41,031 nt of DNA, taken from IMG/VR virus record IMGVR_UViG_3300043765_000050, positions 1 to 41,031 of that record; one strand, written 5' to 3'. The position numbers were made by a program, and so were the translations under genes. Below the pieces are notes generated by a model. The model did no database searches and was not told the origin of the DNA. It was given only the letters and a program-made list of their open reading frames with translations. This stretch comes from a virus. Lineage: Duplodnaviria; Caudoviricetes. Of the stretch, positions 1 through 7,415 are shown in pieces. The number at the start of each line of letters is the position of its first letter. The stretch's first letter is position 1.

Positions 1-179
1 TCCTTCCGCGGATCAGCGGGCCTGCATAAGCGCGGGACACCGGGCATCAGCCGCGGCGCGAGCCGGATGGCGAACACCCGTAACCGGAATACCCGCAGTG
101 GCGCGCGCGCCTGAGCAGACCGACGAGGAGCGGGTAAAAGCCAAGCTGGTGAAGGAGATTCTGGCGGCGGATAACCGCG
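1..179. repeat. Terminal direct repeat, left copy (circular closure or terminal redundancy)
   Basis: 1-179 matches 40853-41031 except G60 vs A40912. Confidence 0.95.
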
Positions 180-304
180 CCGAACTGGTCGCGATGGTGA
201 ACGCCTTCACCAAACTGCTGGCGGTTGAGCAAAAGATCGAGGCGGGAGCATGGGGCGAGGAATTGCCCGATGAGCCTCCGCCGCTGCCTGAGCCGAAACG
301 ATGA
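98..304 (+). CDS. Hypothetical helical protein, 68 aa
   Basis: GTG start overlaps the end of the Arg-rich ORF that spans the circular junction; its stop overlaps the next ATG (ATGA at 301-304). Confidence 0.65.
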   Translation: MARAPEQTDEERVKAKLVKEILAADNRAELVAMVNAFTKLLAVEQKIEAGAWGEELPDEPPPLPEPKR

Positions 305-582
305 CGCTGGTCGAAGTCATTCAGGGCACGCACGTCGGGCTGAAGTTAATTCAGGCGCGGCTGGTACTGATTCTGGCTCTGCTGCTGACCGCGGGGTTTA
401 CTGCGTGGGCGATGTGGCTGCAGACCCAGTTGGGTGCGGTAATTGCGGGCGGCTTCGCGGTATTGGTATTTCTGCCCGTGCTATTCAGAGGAGAAATGCG
501 TCATGGCATCCAAACTCAACACCAGCAAGCCCGGGACGAGAGCAGTTGGTCCGCCGCCCGGCCCGATGCGCGCGCAGCGTAA
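301..582 (+). CDS. Membrane protein with 2 predicted TM helices (possible holin-region protein)
   Basis: Hydrophobic segments LVLILALLLTAGFTAWAMWL and LGAVIAGGFAVLVFLPVLF; ATGA coupling to the upstream gene. Confidence 0.7.
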   Translation: MTLVEVIQGTHVGLKLIQARLVLILALLLTAGFTAWAMWLQTQLGAVIAGGFAVLVFLPVLFRGEMRHGIQTQHQQARDESSWSAARPDARAA

Positions 583-787
583 CGGTGGAGTGCACGAAAC
601 CCTATGGCGGTCAGCGATTACGTTAGAGCGACAACGCACCGATGTATCTCCGCTCAGCCGGAACTTTACGAACTTCCGCGTTACTGGCGATCCCGGAGTC
701 ATTCCGAACCCACTTTTCGGATCTGGGCAAGGGAAGGCTCCCGGCAGCAAGCGCTCGCTGACGATCAGGAAACCGGAGGAGGACTGA
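503..787 (+). CDS. Hypothetical basic, Pro/Gly-rich protein (MASKLNTSK...)
   Basis: GAGGAG SD at 488-493, ATG at 503; the stop overlaps the next ATG (TGATG). Confidence 0.6.
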   Translation: MASKLNTSKPGTRAVGPPPGPMRAQRNGGVHETLWRSAITLERQRTDVSPLSRNFTNFRVTGDPGVIPNPLFGSGQGKAPGSKRSLTIRKPEED

Positions 788-981
788 TGGAAAGCTGGAT
801 CCGGCAGAATCTCGACAAGGTGCTGGCCGCGATCACCGCGATTCTCGCCGCCGGTCACCTTGAACACCTGTTTTCGGCTGAGTGGCTGGTATTGCTTGCT
901 GCTATAGTCACGTTCGCGTCAGAGTTCATCCCCCGATCAAGCACTCCGACTCCGACTCCGACCCCTCAGAAGAAACCGTAG
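787..981 (+). CDS. Holin-like small membrane protein, 64 aa
   Basis: GGAGGAGG SD; MESWIRQNLDKVLAAITAILAAG...WLVLLAAIVTFASEF has two hydrophobic segments and a polar/basic C-tail. Holin function is inferred. Confidence 0.55.
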   Translation: MESWIRQNLDKVLAAITAILAAGHLEHLFSAEWLVLLAAIVTFASEFIPRSSTPTPTPTPQKKP

Positions 982-988
982 GTAGCCA

Positions 989-1213
989 ATGTCACGCAAA
1001 CGGCGGACGCTCACGCTGCGCAAAGCCAAGCGGAAACCGAAAGGAGTACCGATGCCTACTGAAGCCGCACCACAGCCGAAGACCCCGGAACCACCACAGC
1101 CGAAGCCGGGATCCCCGCCACCGCCTCCCGGGACTGACCCGCATGCCGTGCCACAGGGACCGACTACGGAAAAGGAGGAAGAGGAGGAAGAGGAAGGGAC
1201 GCCCGGCGCATGA
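989..1213 (+). CDS. Low-complexity protein (basic N-terminus, Pro-rich middle, poly-Glu); alternative start at 1052
   Basis: AAGGAG precedes ATG 1052; the stop overlaps the ruvC ATG. Confidence 0.55.
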   Translation: MSRKRRTLTLRKAKRKPKGVPMPTEAAPQPKTPEPPQPKPGSPPPPPGTDPHAVPQGPTTEKEEEEEEEGTPGA

Positions 1214-1731
1214 GTGAATTGGTGATTGGTATTGACCCGGGGCTGACGGGCGCGCTCGCCATCCTCGGGCCGTCCGGGGAAGTCATCACGCTGGCGGATC
1301 TGCCGGTTTCCCGCAGTCCCGGCAAGCTGACGTGGCTGCACGGTGCGGCGCTGCACGACATTCTGGTGACGCACATCACGGGGCAAACGACAGCGGTGGT
1401 TGAGGTGGTGCATGCGATGCCGAAGCAGGGCGTGTCGTCCACTTTCACCTTCGGCTGTGTCTACGGATCGTTGCTGGCGGTGCTGCAGGTGCTGCACGTC
1501 TCGATTCACCTGATATCACCCTCGATCTGGAAGCGGGACTTGAAACTGATTGGCAAGGACAAGAAGGCTGCGCTCGCCAAGGCCCGCCTGCTATTCCCCA
1601 ATGCTGCACTGCCGCTCGCCAAGCATCACGGGCGCGCTGAAGCGCTGCTCCTCGCGACGTGGTACATGCAGACCTTCCCGCAGCCAAAAAAAACCCCGGA
1701 CGTACCGGGGTTGCCGGAAGCGATTGCATAA
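1210..1731 (+). CDS. ruvC: RuvC-like Holliday junction resolvase
   Basis: Motifs IGIDPG, VVE...MPKQGVSSTFTFG, P..WKR and GRAEALLLA are typical of phage RuvC-like proteins. Confidence 0.9.
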   Translation: MSELVIGIDPGLTGALAILGPSGEVITLADLPVSRSPGKLTWLHGAALHDILVTHITGQTTAVVEVVHAMPKQGVSSTFTFGCVYGSLLAVLQVLHVSIHLISPSIWKRDLKLIGKDKKAALAKARLLFPNAALPLAKHHGRAEALLLATWYMQTFPQPKKTPDVPGLPEAIA

Positions 1732-1776
1732 CAGTCTTGTAGTTCTATTCGTCCCTGATAGCTGAAGCATAGCAGA

Positions 1777-2712
1777 TCACAGGCAGATCACGATCCCGGG
1801 ATCCGGGCACTGACCGCCACCGGGATACTTGCTTTCCTCTGAATCGATGCCCCATGGCCCCAATCCGTCCGGCCCCCACATGATGCCTTGAGTGGTGTTG
1901 GTGTAATAGTTGATCATCAGTTCATCGAAGCCGGCATTGAGGTTATTGCTCAGATCATTGAGGAACGGATCAACGGGGCCGCCGTCGCAGCTGCTGAGCA
2001 TCACGCCTTCGCCATCGCACCACTGGGGAGCTACACATTCCGGGCAGGGATTGGCGCACTCTGGCGTATTTAGGCACCAGTGAAGCGCTTCCCAAGCCCA
2101 TGTAGCCACATCCACGATATTGAATATGCTGACCTTGTGTTTAGCACCGAAGATCAGCGTGGACGAGAATGCGCAATCGGCACGTCCGGCGCAGGTGGGG
2201 TTACTGATGAATTCATCGAATAGCGCACCCGCCACCTGACACCCCGCTACCCACCCGGAAGGAGTTGCTGCGCAGTTGTACGGTGTGACGCGGCGCACAT
2301 AGTGCCCACCGCCCGCTACGTTGTTGTTAATCACGCTCCAGTAATTCACCATGATGGCGGAATAGGTGGTACCGAGTACCTGCCCACTCACATCAGCGGC
2401 TTTTACCGGAGGTGCGGCAGCAGCCAGTACACAAAAGCCGCCGCAAAGCAGGACATTGATAGCGTTTGCAGCCAGCTTAGTAACGCCTTTTTGTAGGGGT
2501 CGCGCGGCAGATATGTAGCGGCACAGTATGTCCCCCACAGCACGCACCCGGCCAATTGCAAGCGACCGCCTAATGAATGTTCCCGGAAAAACAGATCGAG
2601 CAGTTGCAGCGGAGCGCATAAAGCACAGAGCAGTGTCAGTGCTGGCTTTGGTTCCGATTCCGAACTGTCGTAACTGCCAACGATAGACTTGAGCGACATG
2701 ACAATACCTCAT
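1777..2712 (-). CDS. Cys-rich, probably exported moron-like protein (start uncertain: 2760, 2712 or further downstream)
   Basis: Long ORF; AGGAG precedes ATG 2712; internal signal-like stretch INVLLCGGFCVLAAAAPPVKA; many Cys in the C-terminal part. Confidence 0.5.
   Translation of the reverse strand: MRYCHVAQVYRWQLRQFGIGTKASTDTALCFMRSAATARSVFPGTFIRRSLAIGRVRAVGDILCRYISAARPLQKGVTKLAANAINVLLCGGFCVLAAAAPPVKAADVSGQVLGTTYSAIMVNYWSVINNNVAGGGHYVRRVTPYNCAATPSGWVAGCQVAGALFDEFISNPTCAGRADCAFSSTLIFGAKHKVSIFNIVDVATWAWEALHWCLNTPECANPCPECVAPQWCDGEGVMLSSCDGGPVDPFLNDLSNNLNAGFDELMINYYTNTTQGIMWGPDGLGPWGIDSEESKYPGGGQCPDPGIVICL
2403..2699 (-). CDS. Putative 98-aa membrane protein nested in another frame of the Cys-rich ORF
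   Basis: GAGGT SD 6 nt before ATG 2699; three hydrophobic segments. Confidence 0.4.
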   Translation of the reverse strand: MSLKSIVGSYDSSESEPKPALTLLCALCAPLQLLDLFFREHSLGGRLQLAGCVLWGTYCAATYLPRDPYKKALLSWLQTLSMSCFAAAFVYWLLPHLR

Positions 2713-2790
2713 GGGTTCTCTCCTGATCTTGTGGACGTTATAGCCCCCCCATGGAAACATCTTTACATCTTGATCACCTCCATGTTAGGA

Positions 2791-2861
2791 AGGTGCGGGG
2801 CCGGATTCGAACCGACGCAAACGGGTGCACATGAGTTCCCATTCGCTACCTAACCCGCACC
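2791..2861 (-). ncRNA. tRNA-fMet-like, D-armless RNA with an expanded 12-nt CAU-containing anticodon loop
   Basis: Minus strand reads GGTGCGGG TTAGGTA GCGAATGGG AACTCATGTGCA CCCGTTTGC GTCGG TTCGAAT CCGGC CCCGCACC T. This gives an 8-bp acceptor, a 9-bp stem ending in GGG/CCC, and a canonical 5-bp T-arm with TTCGAAT loop. There is no D stem and no encoded CCA. Confidence 0.8.
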
Positions 2862-2950
2862 ACAAACCAAACTACTACCATCACGATCAGCAGCCCGACG
2901 CCGATGAGAATATATGCGCCTAGAATGGCTTGCTGTTTCTCGTTAAGCAT
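2846..2950 (-). CDS. 34-aa single-TM peptide (MLNEKQQAILGAYILIGVGLLIVMVVVWFVVRVR)
   Basis: TGATG coupling to the upstream gene; one hydrophobic helix; the last codons overlap the tRNA-like RNA. Confidence 0.6.
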   Translation of the reverse strand: MLNEKQQAILGAYILIGVGLLIVMVVVWFVVRVR

Positions 2951-3162
2951 CAGTGCACCGGGAAATTCCCCGACTCCCACAGGTCGCACGCTTCCCGTAT
3001 CCACTTGACCATGAGCTTGCTGGCATGCGGGTCCGCTTCCATTTCCAGTAGCTTGAACATCATGGTCAGCAGCACCGGCACCGCGACACGCACTCCGTAG
3101 TGCAGACACACCGGGTCGATCTGCTGGAACATGGCCTCATACACTTCATCAGAGATTTGCAT
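2950..3162 (-). CDS. Hypothetical protein
   Basis: Overlap-coupled member of the leftward operon. Confidence 0.6.
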   Translation of the reverse strand: MQISDEVYEAMFQQIDPVCLHYGVRVAVPVLLTMMFKLLEMEADPHASKLMVKWIREACDLWESGNFPVH

Positions 3163-3346
3163 TTAAGCGTGCCTTGATAGCCTGTTCACGGTCCTGCAGT
3201 TCCCCGCGGATCATGCGCATAGCGCGTACCGCATCCTCCCGCTTGATTCCGCCACGATAGCCGCCACGGTCGATGCGGATAATCAATTGTTCCCAAGACT
3301 GCAGCCGCGCCCGCAAGCTACCGTCAGTTTCTTTACGCCAGTTCAT
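3149..3346 (-). CDS. Hypothetical protein
   Basis: Overlap-coupled member of the leftward operon. Confidence 0.6.
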   Translation of the reverse strand: MNWRKETDGSLRARLQSWEQLIIRIDRGGYRGGIKREDAVRAMRMIRGELQDREQAIKARLNANL

Positions 3347-3758
3347 CGATGCTCATCCCCTTTAGTTCCGCTTCCACGTCGTAATACCCCCGCTCGTGCA
3401 TCAACTTCGCGCACACTGCCAGCAGCAGCGGATACACCCGGTTGAATTCACGCTCTGTGAGGTCCGCTAGGCTTCTAGGCACCTCGACTGTTTCGCCGTC
3501 AAGGGTCAGTAGCTTCTCGCTGTGCCCCGCCGCCAACGCTACCGCACGCCTGAAGGCATCGAAGTCCCAGTAACTCTGCTGATTGCGAAAGGTCAGGTGC
3601 AGCAGCGCAAATACCCTCTTCTGCTGCGCATACGGACGGGGCCGCACCTGCGAAACTTGCGCCTGATAAATGCTCCCCACCGGTAGCTTGAGACTTTCAC
3701 CCGCTGATACCTCCGTGGGCTCGAAACCCGCCACCGTGCGTTCAAGGTAAAGCTTCAT
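3333..3758 (-). CDS. DUF1367-like (NinB-related) phage protein
   Basis: Pattern RP...QKRVFALL...FDAFRR...AGH...PRSL resembles the DUF1367 family. Confidence 0.6.
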   Translation of the reverse strand: MKLYLERTVAGFEPTEVSAGESLKLPVGSIYQAQVSQVRPRPYAQQKRVFALLHLTFRNQQSYWDFDAFRRAVALAAGHSEKLLTLDGETVEVPRSLADLTEREFNRVYPLLLAVCAKLMHERGYYDVEAELKGMSIDELA

Positions 3759-4153
3759 GCTGCGCTGTCCGGTGCTAATGCAGCGGCTAATCCACAGTTA
3801 CATGGACGACGTAACGGCGGATTGCTGGTCAGCAGTGTGAGGGCGTCGCAATTCCCATCGTGCGCGCCGTGCCGCTTCAGCGCCGCCCGCAGTCGCTCGC
3901 TAGTCGCAATTTCTTTAACTATCATCCGCTCAGCCTGCATGATCGCTTCGCCAGCTTCCTTCTGCTCCTGCTCGCAGTCCGCGTTCTCCCGCGTCAGCCG
4001 TTCGTTGTCCTCAAAGATGCGCTGGTAGTCGTTCGCGTAAGTATCCCGCTCCCGCGTCAGCCGCTCGATTTCAGCATCTTTTTTTTGGATGATTTCCACT
4101 TGAGCCGCCACGGTATCCGCGTACTCCGCCACAATATCCCACCCGTCACTCAT
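3755..4153 (-). CDS. Coiled-coil protein with a C-terminal His/Cys cluster
   Basis: Repeated EIERLTRE/NERLTRE heptads; H..H..C...CNC motif; ATGA overlaps. Confidence 0.65.
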   Translation of the reverse strand: MSDGWDIVAEYADTVAAQVEIIQKKDAEIERLTRERDTYANDYQRIFEDNERLTRENADCEQEQKEAGEAIMQAERMIVKEIATSERLRAALKRHGAHDGNCDALTLLTSNPPLRRPCNCGLAAALAPDSAA

Positions 4154-4830
4154 GCCGCAGACCTGAGCTTGAGATTTCGGGCGCGCATCTTATCAAGCTG
4201 CTGGTATTCCCGTTCCACATCATCCAGAAACGCCAGCAATTCCAGCCGGTAATCGTCAATCTCTTGCGCCAATTCGCGCCGCTCTACCCGCACCCGGAAG
4301 AATCGCAGACCGTCCGGCAAGCGGTTGTCGTAGCTGCAGAAATCGAACCACTGCGCCGTATCCACCACCAGCATTTCATGTACCGCTTGATTCAGGTGCT
4401 CAGGCGGCAAGCGAGCTTCCCGCATCCACTTCACGTGCGTAGTGGAGTGCGGGCACTTCATGCCGATCAGGCCGATGCCCTTCCACGCTGCGCGATCCGG
4501 TGAAGCACCCGCCTGCAGGATGATGTTGGACCGGAAGAATCCGCACGCGAAAGCGATAACGCCGGTTTCCGCCTCGTAAGCCGCTAGCGCCTCGGGCTCA
4601 AGATCGATACCGCGCTGCATGGCAGGGGTAATCCAATCGTTCTCTTCTACCGGCGTGCCGACCATCCTTTCGGTGATCAATTGCATGCGGTAGTGCTTGC
4701 GGGTGACGGCCTCCTGCCCGTTCTTGCCCTTCGCCTGTATCTCGTTCGCGTGGCTGGCGGTAGCGTGACCGAGCCGCGCCATGTGCCACTCGTGCGAGCG
4801 CTGCGGGACGTTGAGGTGCGTATAGCTCAT
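4150..4830 (-). CDS. YqaJ / lambda-exonuclease family recombination nuclease
   Basis: QRS.EW...RLG..TAS, AMQRGIDLEPEA..AYE, GASPD, KCP and FCSYD motifs; lies in the same operon as ERF. Confidence 0.9.
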   Translation of the reverse strand: MSYTHLNVPQRSHEWHMARLGHATASHANEIQAKGKNGQEAVTRKHYRMQLITERMVGTPVEENDWITPAMQRGIDLEPEALAAYEAETGVIAFACGFFRSNIILQAGASPDRAAWKGIGLIGMKCPHSTTHVKWMREARLPPEHLNQAVHEMLVVDTAQWFDFCSYDNRLPDGLRFFRVRVERRELAQEIDDYRLELLAFLDDVEREYQQLDKMRARNLKLRSAA

Positions 4831-5111
4831 GCGTCCACCACCCGGCACAGTTCGATGTGATAGCCCGTCAGTGGACGATTGGGTTTGCCGTCAGGCCGCT
4901 TGCCATTGGATAACCGCCACTCTGACCATGCGCTGTGCAGAGACGAGAAATGTTTAGCGCGTGACAGTTCCGTAGTGCATTCCAGCCAGCCCTCCACCAG
5001 ATACTTGCCGTGGGCATCCATGGGGGCCGGCTGATAGTGACGCACGTACAGCGGTTGATCGAATAGCTGACCGGTGTTCGCGAAACCCAGCAGCTTGATG
5101 ACGTAACTCAT
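4827..5111 (-). CDS. Hypothetical phage protein (RPDGKPNRPLT motif)
   Basis: ATGA-coupled at both ends. Confidence 0.7.
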   Translation of the reverse strand: MSYVIKLLGFANTGQLFDQPLYVRHYQPAPMDAHGKYLVEGWLECTTELSRAKHFSSLHSAWSEWRLSNGKRPDGKPNRPLTGYHIELCRVVDA

Positions 5112-5230
5112 CTACCGTTCCAGTCCATCCAATTGAGTATTCCGAACAAAGCACCGAGCAGCCACGGCACCACCTTGGTTACCAGTAACCACAATCCGTA
5201 AGCGATCAGGATGTAGTCAGCGAGGCTCAT
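5108..5230 (-). CDS. 40-aa membrane peptide MSLADYILIAYGLWLLVTKVVPWLLGALFGILNWMDWNGR (not in the ORF track)
   Basis: Translated by hand; fills the gap exactly, with ATGA overlaps on both sides. Confidence 0.7.
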   Translation of the reverse strand: MSLADYILIAYGLWLLVTKVVPWLLGALFGILNWMDWNGR

Positions 5231-6045
5231 TGCGGGATGCTCGCATCGCCTTGCGGGGGCGCATCATTTGCTGTTCGCTTGACGTGGCCCCACCATTCCG
5301 GTTGACATTTCGCGGTGTAATCCTTGTAAACGCGCGCTGATTGTTTCCACTTGTCCTGCAGCGCAATCATGCCGAGTTTCGCGGTTTCCTCCATCACTGA
5401 TTGGAAATCGCGGTAGCCTTCCGGCGGCGGCTGCTGCAATCCAACACCTGTTTGAGTCTCACGGGCAGCACGTCCATTTGCATCATCATCCTCGTCCCCC
5501 ACCTGCCGCGACGACAGTCCGGTGACGCCGAGTAGGGTGTAGCGTTCGAAGAACGTGCGGACGCTGGCAATGGCCTGCGCCGGGGTCTTGCTGCCTGAGG
5601 TATCCGGCGGGCCCGCAAGAGTAGTTTCTACGTAGTGCCCCTCCTCGTGCATCAGGCGGCAGGTCACGTAGACCAAGCCGTTCTCCTGCCGGTAGCTCCA
5701 CGTGTGGCACAGGCCGTGCTTGGCGAGTGCTTCCGAGACTTTGAAGGTCACTTCATCGTGCGTCGGGTAGGGGTACTTGCCGGCGTTACCGCGGTCCGCG
5801 ATGCGGTTCTTCAGGATATCCGGCGGGTCTACGTGGAATGCGCTCAGGGCCTTGGCAAAAGCCTTACGGGCGACGTTCGCCTCGTAGCGCTCCACCAGCC
5901 CCAGTATCTTGTCCAGTTGCTCAGGGCCCGCGCCTTGCGTCAGGGCCGTGTGCAGCAGCGTCAACGGGGTCACGGGGCCGGCAGGCACGGCACGCAGTTC
6001 GCGACGCACCGCATCCGGTATCAGGAGTTTCGATTCAGGTTCCAT
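5227..6045 (-). CDS. erf: ERF-family single-strand annealing protein
   Basis: KY...EV, VTCRLMHEEGH and SGSKTPAQAIASVRTFFERYTL...GL...DDDA match the ERF signature; GAGG SD. Confidence 0.85.
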   Translation of the reverse strand: MEPESKLLIPDAVRRELRAVPAGPVTPLTLLHTALTQGAGPEQLDKILGLVERYEANVARKAFAKALSAFHVDPPDILKNRIADRGNAGKYPYPTHDEVTFKVSEALAKHGLCHTWSYRQENGLVYVTCRLMHEEGHYVETTLAGPPDTSGSKTPAQAIASVRTFFERYTLLGVTGLSSRQVGDEDDDANGRAARETQTGVGLQQPPPEGYRDFQSVMEETAKLGMIALQDKWKQSARVYKDYTAKCQPEWWGHVKRTANDAPPQGDASIPQ

Positions 6046-6072
6046 GTGGCTTACCTCTAGCGTTCACTTGAT

Positions 6073-6119
6073 CACACTGGCAGAGGCCCGCACATCCGTG
6101 TGCTGCCCCTGACACTGTG
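6073..6119 (-). other. Long intergenic RNA hairpin upstream of the erf RBS
   Basis: CACAGTGTCAGGGGC/GCCTCTGCCAGTGTG outer stem with a GCACA-CGGA-TGTGC apical stem. Confidence 0.5.
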
Positions 6120-6121
6120 GC

Positions 6122-6385
6122 CTAGTCTTTCCAGTCCTGTGGTGCAAGGTCCGGGTGATGCATGACAAAGTAGTGCTGAGTATCCCGATCCTTTACTTGC
6201 GATAACCGGCGCCAGTCACCTTTTCCCATTTCTCCCCTCAGTGGGTTTCTTTCAGTCTTGCGGTAAATCGCATCGATTGGTGCGCCATCCTTGGCGGCTA
6301 GGGTCTGTTGGTTATCGGTATACCAGCCCTGTGACCCCATCATGCGACCCCATGCGGCAATGGCTTTGTAATCGGTGGGTTTCAT
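6122..6385 (-). CDS. Hypothetical protein (MKPTDYKAIAAWGRMMGS...)
   Basis: TGATG coupling at 6385. Confidence 0.7.
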   Translation of the reverse strand: MKPTDYKAIAAWGRMMGSQGWYTDNQQTLAAKDGAPIDAIYRKTERNPLRGEMGKGDWRRLSQVKDRDTQHYFVMHHPDLAPQDWKD

Positions 6386-6891
6386 CAGCGTGACTCCCGC
6401 AGTGCCTTGTTGACCGCCTGCGCGATCTGCGGGCCCGGGGTGACGGGAGGCTTCAGGATATCGATTAGGCCACGCTCGTACAGTTGCGCGACCGTGATGC
6501 CGTCCATCATGCCCAGCCCCTTCGCCAGTGCCCGCAATCGTTCGCAGGACACTGTGGTACCTTCCTTCGCCAGCAACTCCCACAGTTTGAACACCTTGCT
6601 AGCCACCTGCCGCGGCGAATTGTGATGCCCTGTGTTAATGCGGAACTGGCGGCCCTTCACGGTCAGCGGTTTGCCGTCATGCTCCGGTGAGGTGTTCCAG
6701 ATGCGCAGGTTGTCGCGGTTATGTACAGCCACCGTACCGTTACCCCTGCGGGCCTTGTGCGAGGTAGCAGCAGGGGCCTTGGGATTCAGGGACGCCACCA
6801 GCGCACGCTGCAGGTGCTCCATAATCAGTTCCTGCAGTTCCGCCGGCAGTGCCGGGACTATCGCGTTCCAATCAAGTTTCAATTCGTTCAT
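6385..6891 (-). CDS. Hypothetical protein (MNELKLDW...)
   Basis: AGGAG SD and GCACATGA start context. Confidence 0.75.
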   Translation of the reverse strand: MNELKLDWNAIVPALPAELQELIMEHLQRALVASLNPKAPAATSHKARRGNGTVAVHNRDNLRIWNTSPEHDGKPLTVKGRQFRINTGHHNSPRQVASKVFKLWELLAKEGTTVSCERLRALAKGLGMMDGITVAQLYERGLIDILKPPVTPGPQIAQAVNKALRESR

Positions 6892-7222
6892 GTGCATCAA
6901 CTCCTACAGTGCGGACAGGGAATGACTGCGCCCGCTCCAGTCGTTTCAATTGCTTGTCGATTTTTGCGATGGCGTTATAGGCTCTGCTGGCCTTTCTGCG
7001 CCACGCTTCCCGCCGGGATATCAGAGTAGCCATGCGTTGCAATTGCCGCGCTGACAGGCTGTGCGTGGCTGTGGCGGGCGGTTTGGCGCTAGCATCCAGT
7101 GTCCCGCCTTCCGGCCATGCCTGTGAGCCTGCCTTGACTTGCCCTGCCTTGCCTTTCCACGCCTTGCCGGCGCCTACGGGTTTACGCTTCACGACGCGCC
7201 TCCTCTTCCCGTTCCGCTTCAA
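6872..7222 (-). CDS. Basic hypothetical protein (start uncertain)
   Basis: Fills the gap in the operon; Lys/Arg-rich with a helical C-terminus. Confidence 0.5.
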   Translation of the reverse strand: MKRNGKRRRVVKRKPVGAGKAWKGKAGQVKAGSQAWPEGGTLDASAKPPATATHSLSARQLQRMATLISRREAWRRKASRAYNAIAKIDKQLKRLERAQSFPVRTVGVDAHERIET

Positions 7223-7415
7223 TGGAATTGATAGTCTCGATGAGCCGTTTCAGTTCATCGCGAAGAAGTCGCGCGTCGGCTTTACTGAGATAGATGCGGC
7301 TGATGGAATTCGCGACCGTGCCCCAGCCCGTTGAGATGGTAACGGCAACGTCTGCGCCAGCACGATGTACCTGAAGGTTGCCGGTACCCGATTCGAGTTT
7401 CATGGGAGCCTTCAT
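7182..7415 (-). CDS. Hypothetical protein
   Basis: GGAG SD and GCACATGA start; ATGA overlap with the upstream gene. Confidence 0.7.
   Translation of the reverse strand: MKAPMKLESGTGNLQVHRAGADVAVTISTGWGTVANSISRIYLSKADARLLRDELKRLIETINSIEAEREEEARREA

Noticed and set aside
98-304. Terminase small subunit
   Set aside because: It is small and helical but has no HTH or TerS motif that I can recognise and is not adjacent to terL; left as hypothetical.
2791-2861. Canonical tRNA-Met gene, or an attP core made of a tRNA 3' half
   Set aside because: There is no D stem, the loop is 12 nt and no CCA is encoded, so it is not a standard tRNA. It carries its own complementary 5' acceptor strand and no integrase is recognisable, so a plain attP remnant is unlikely (though attP ancestry is not excluded).
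4780-4786. Extra GCACATG inside the exonuclease gene, and TGCACATGA near 37605 inside an ejection gene
   Set aside because: Both are internal His-Met codon pairs without a clear SD; one or two such hits are expected by chance, so they were not counted as tagged starts.
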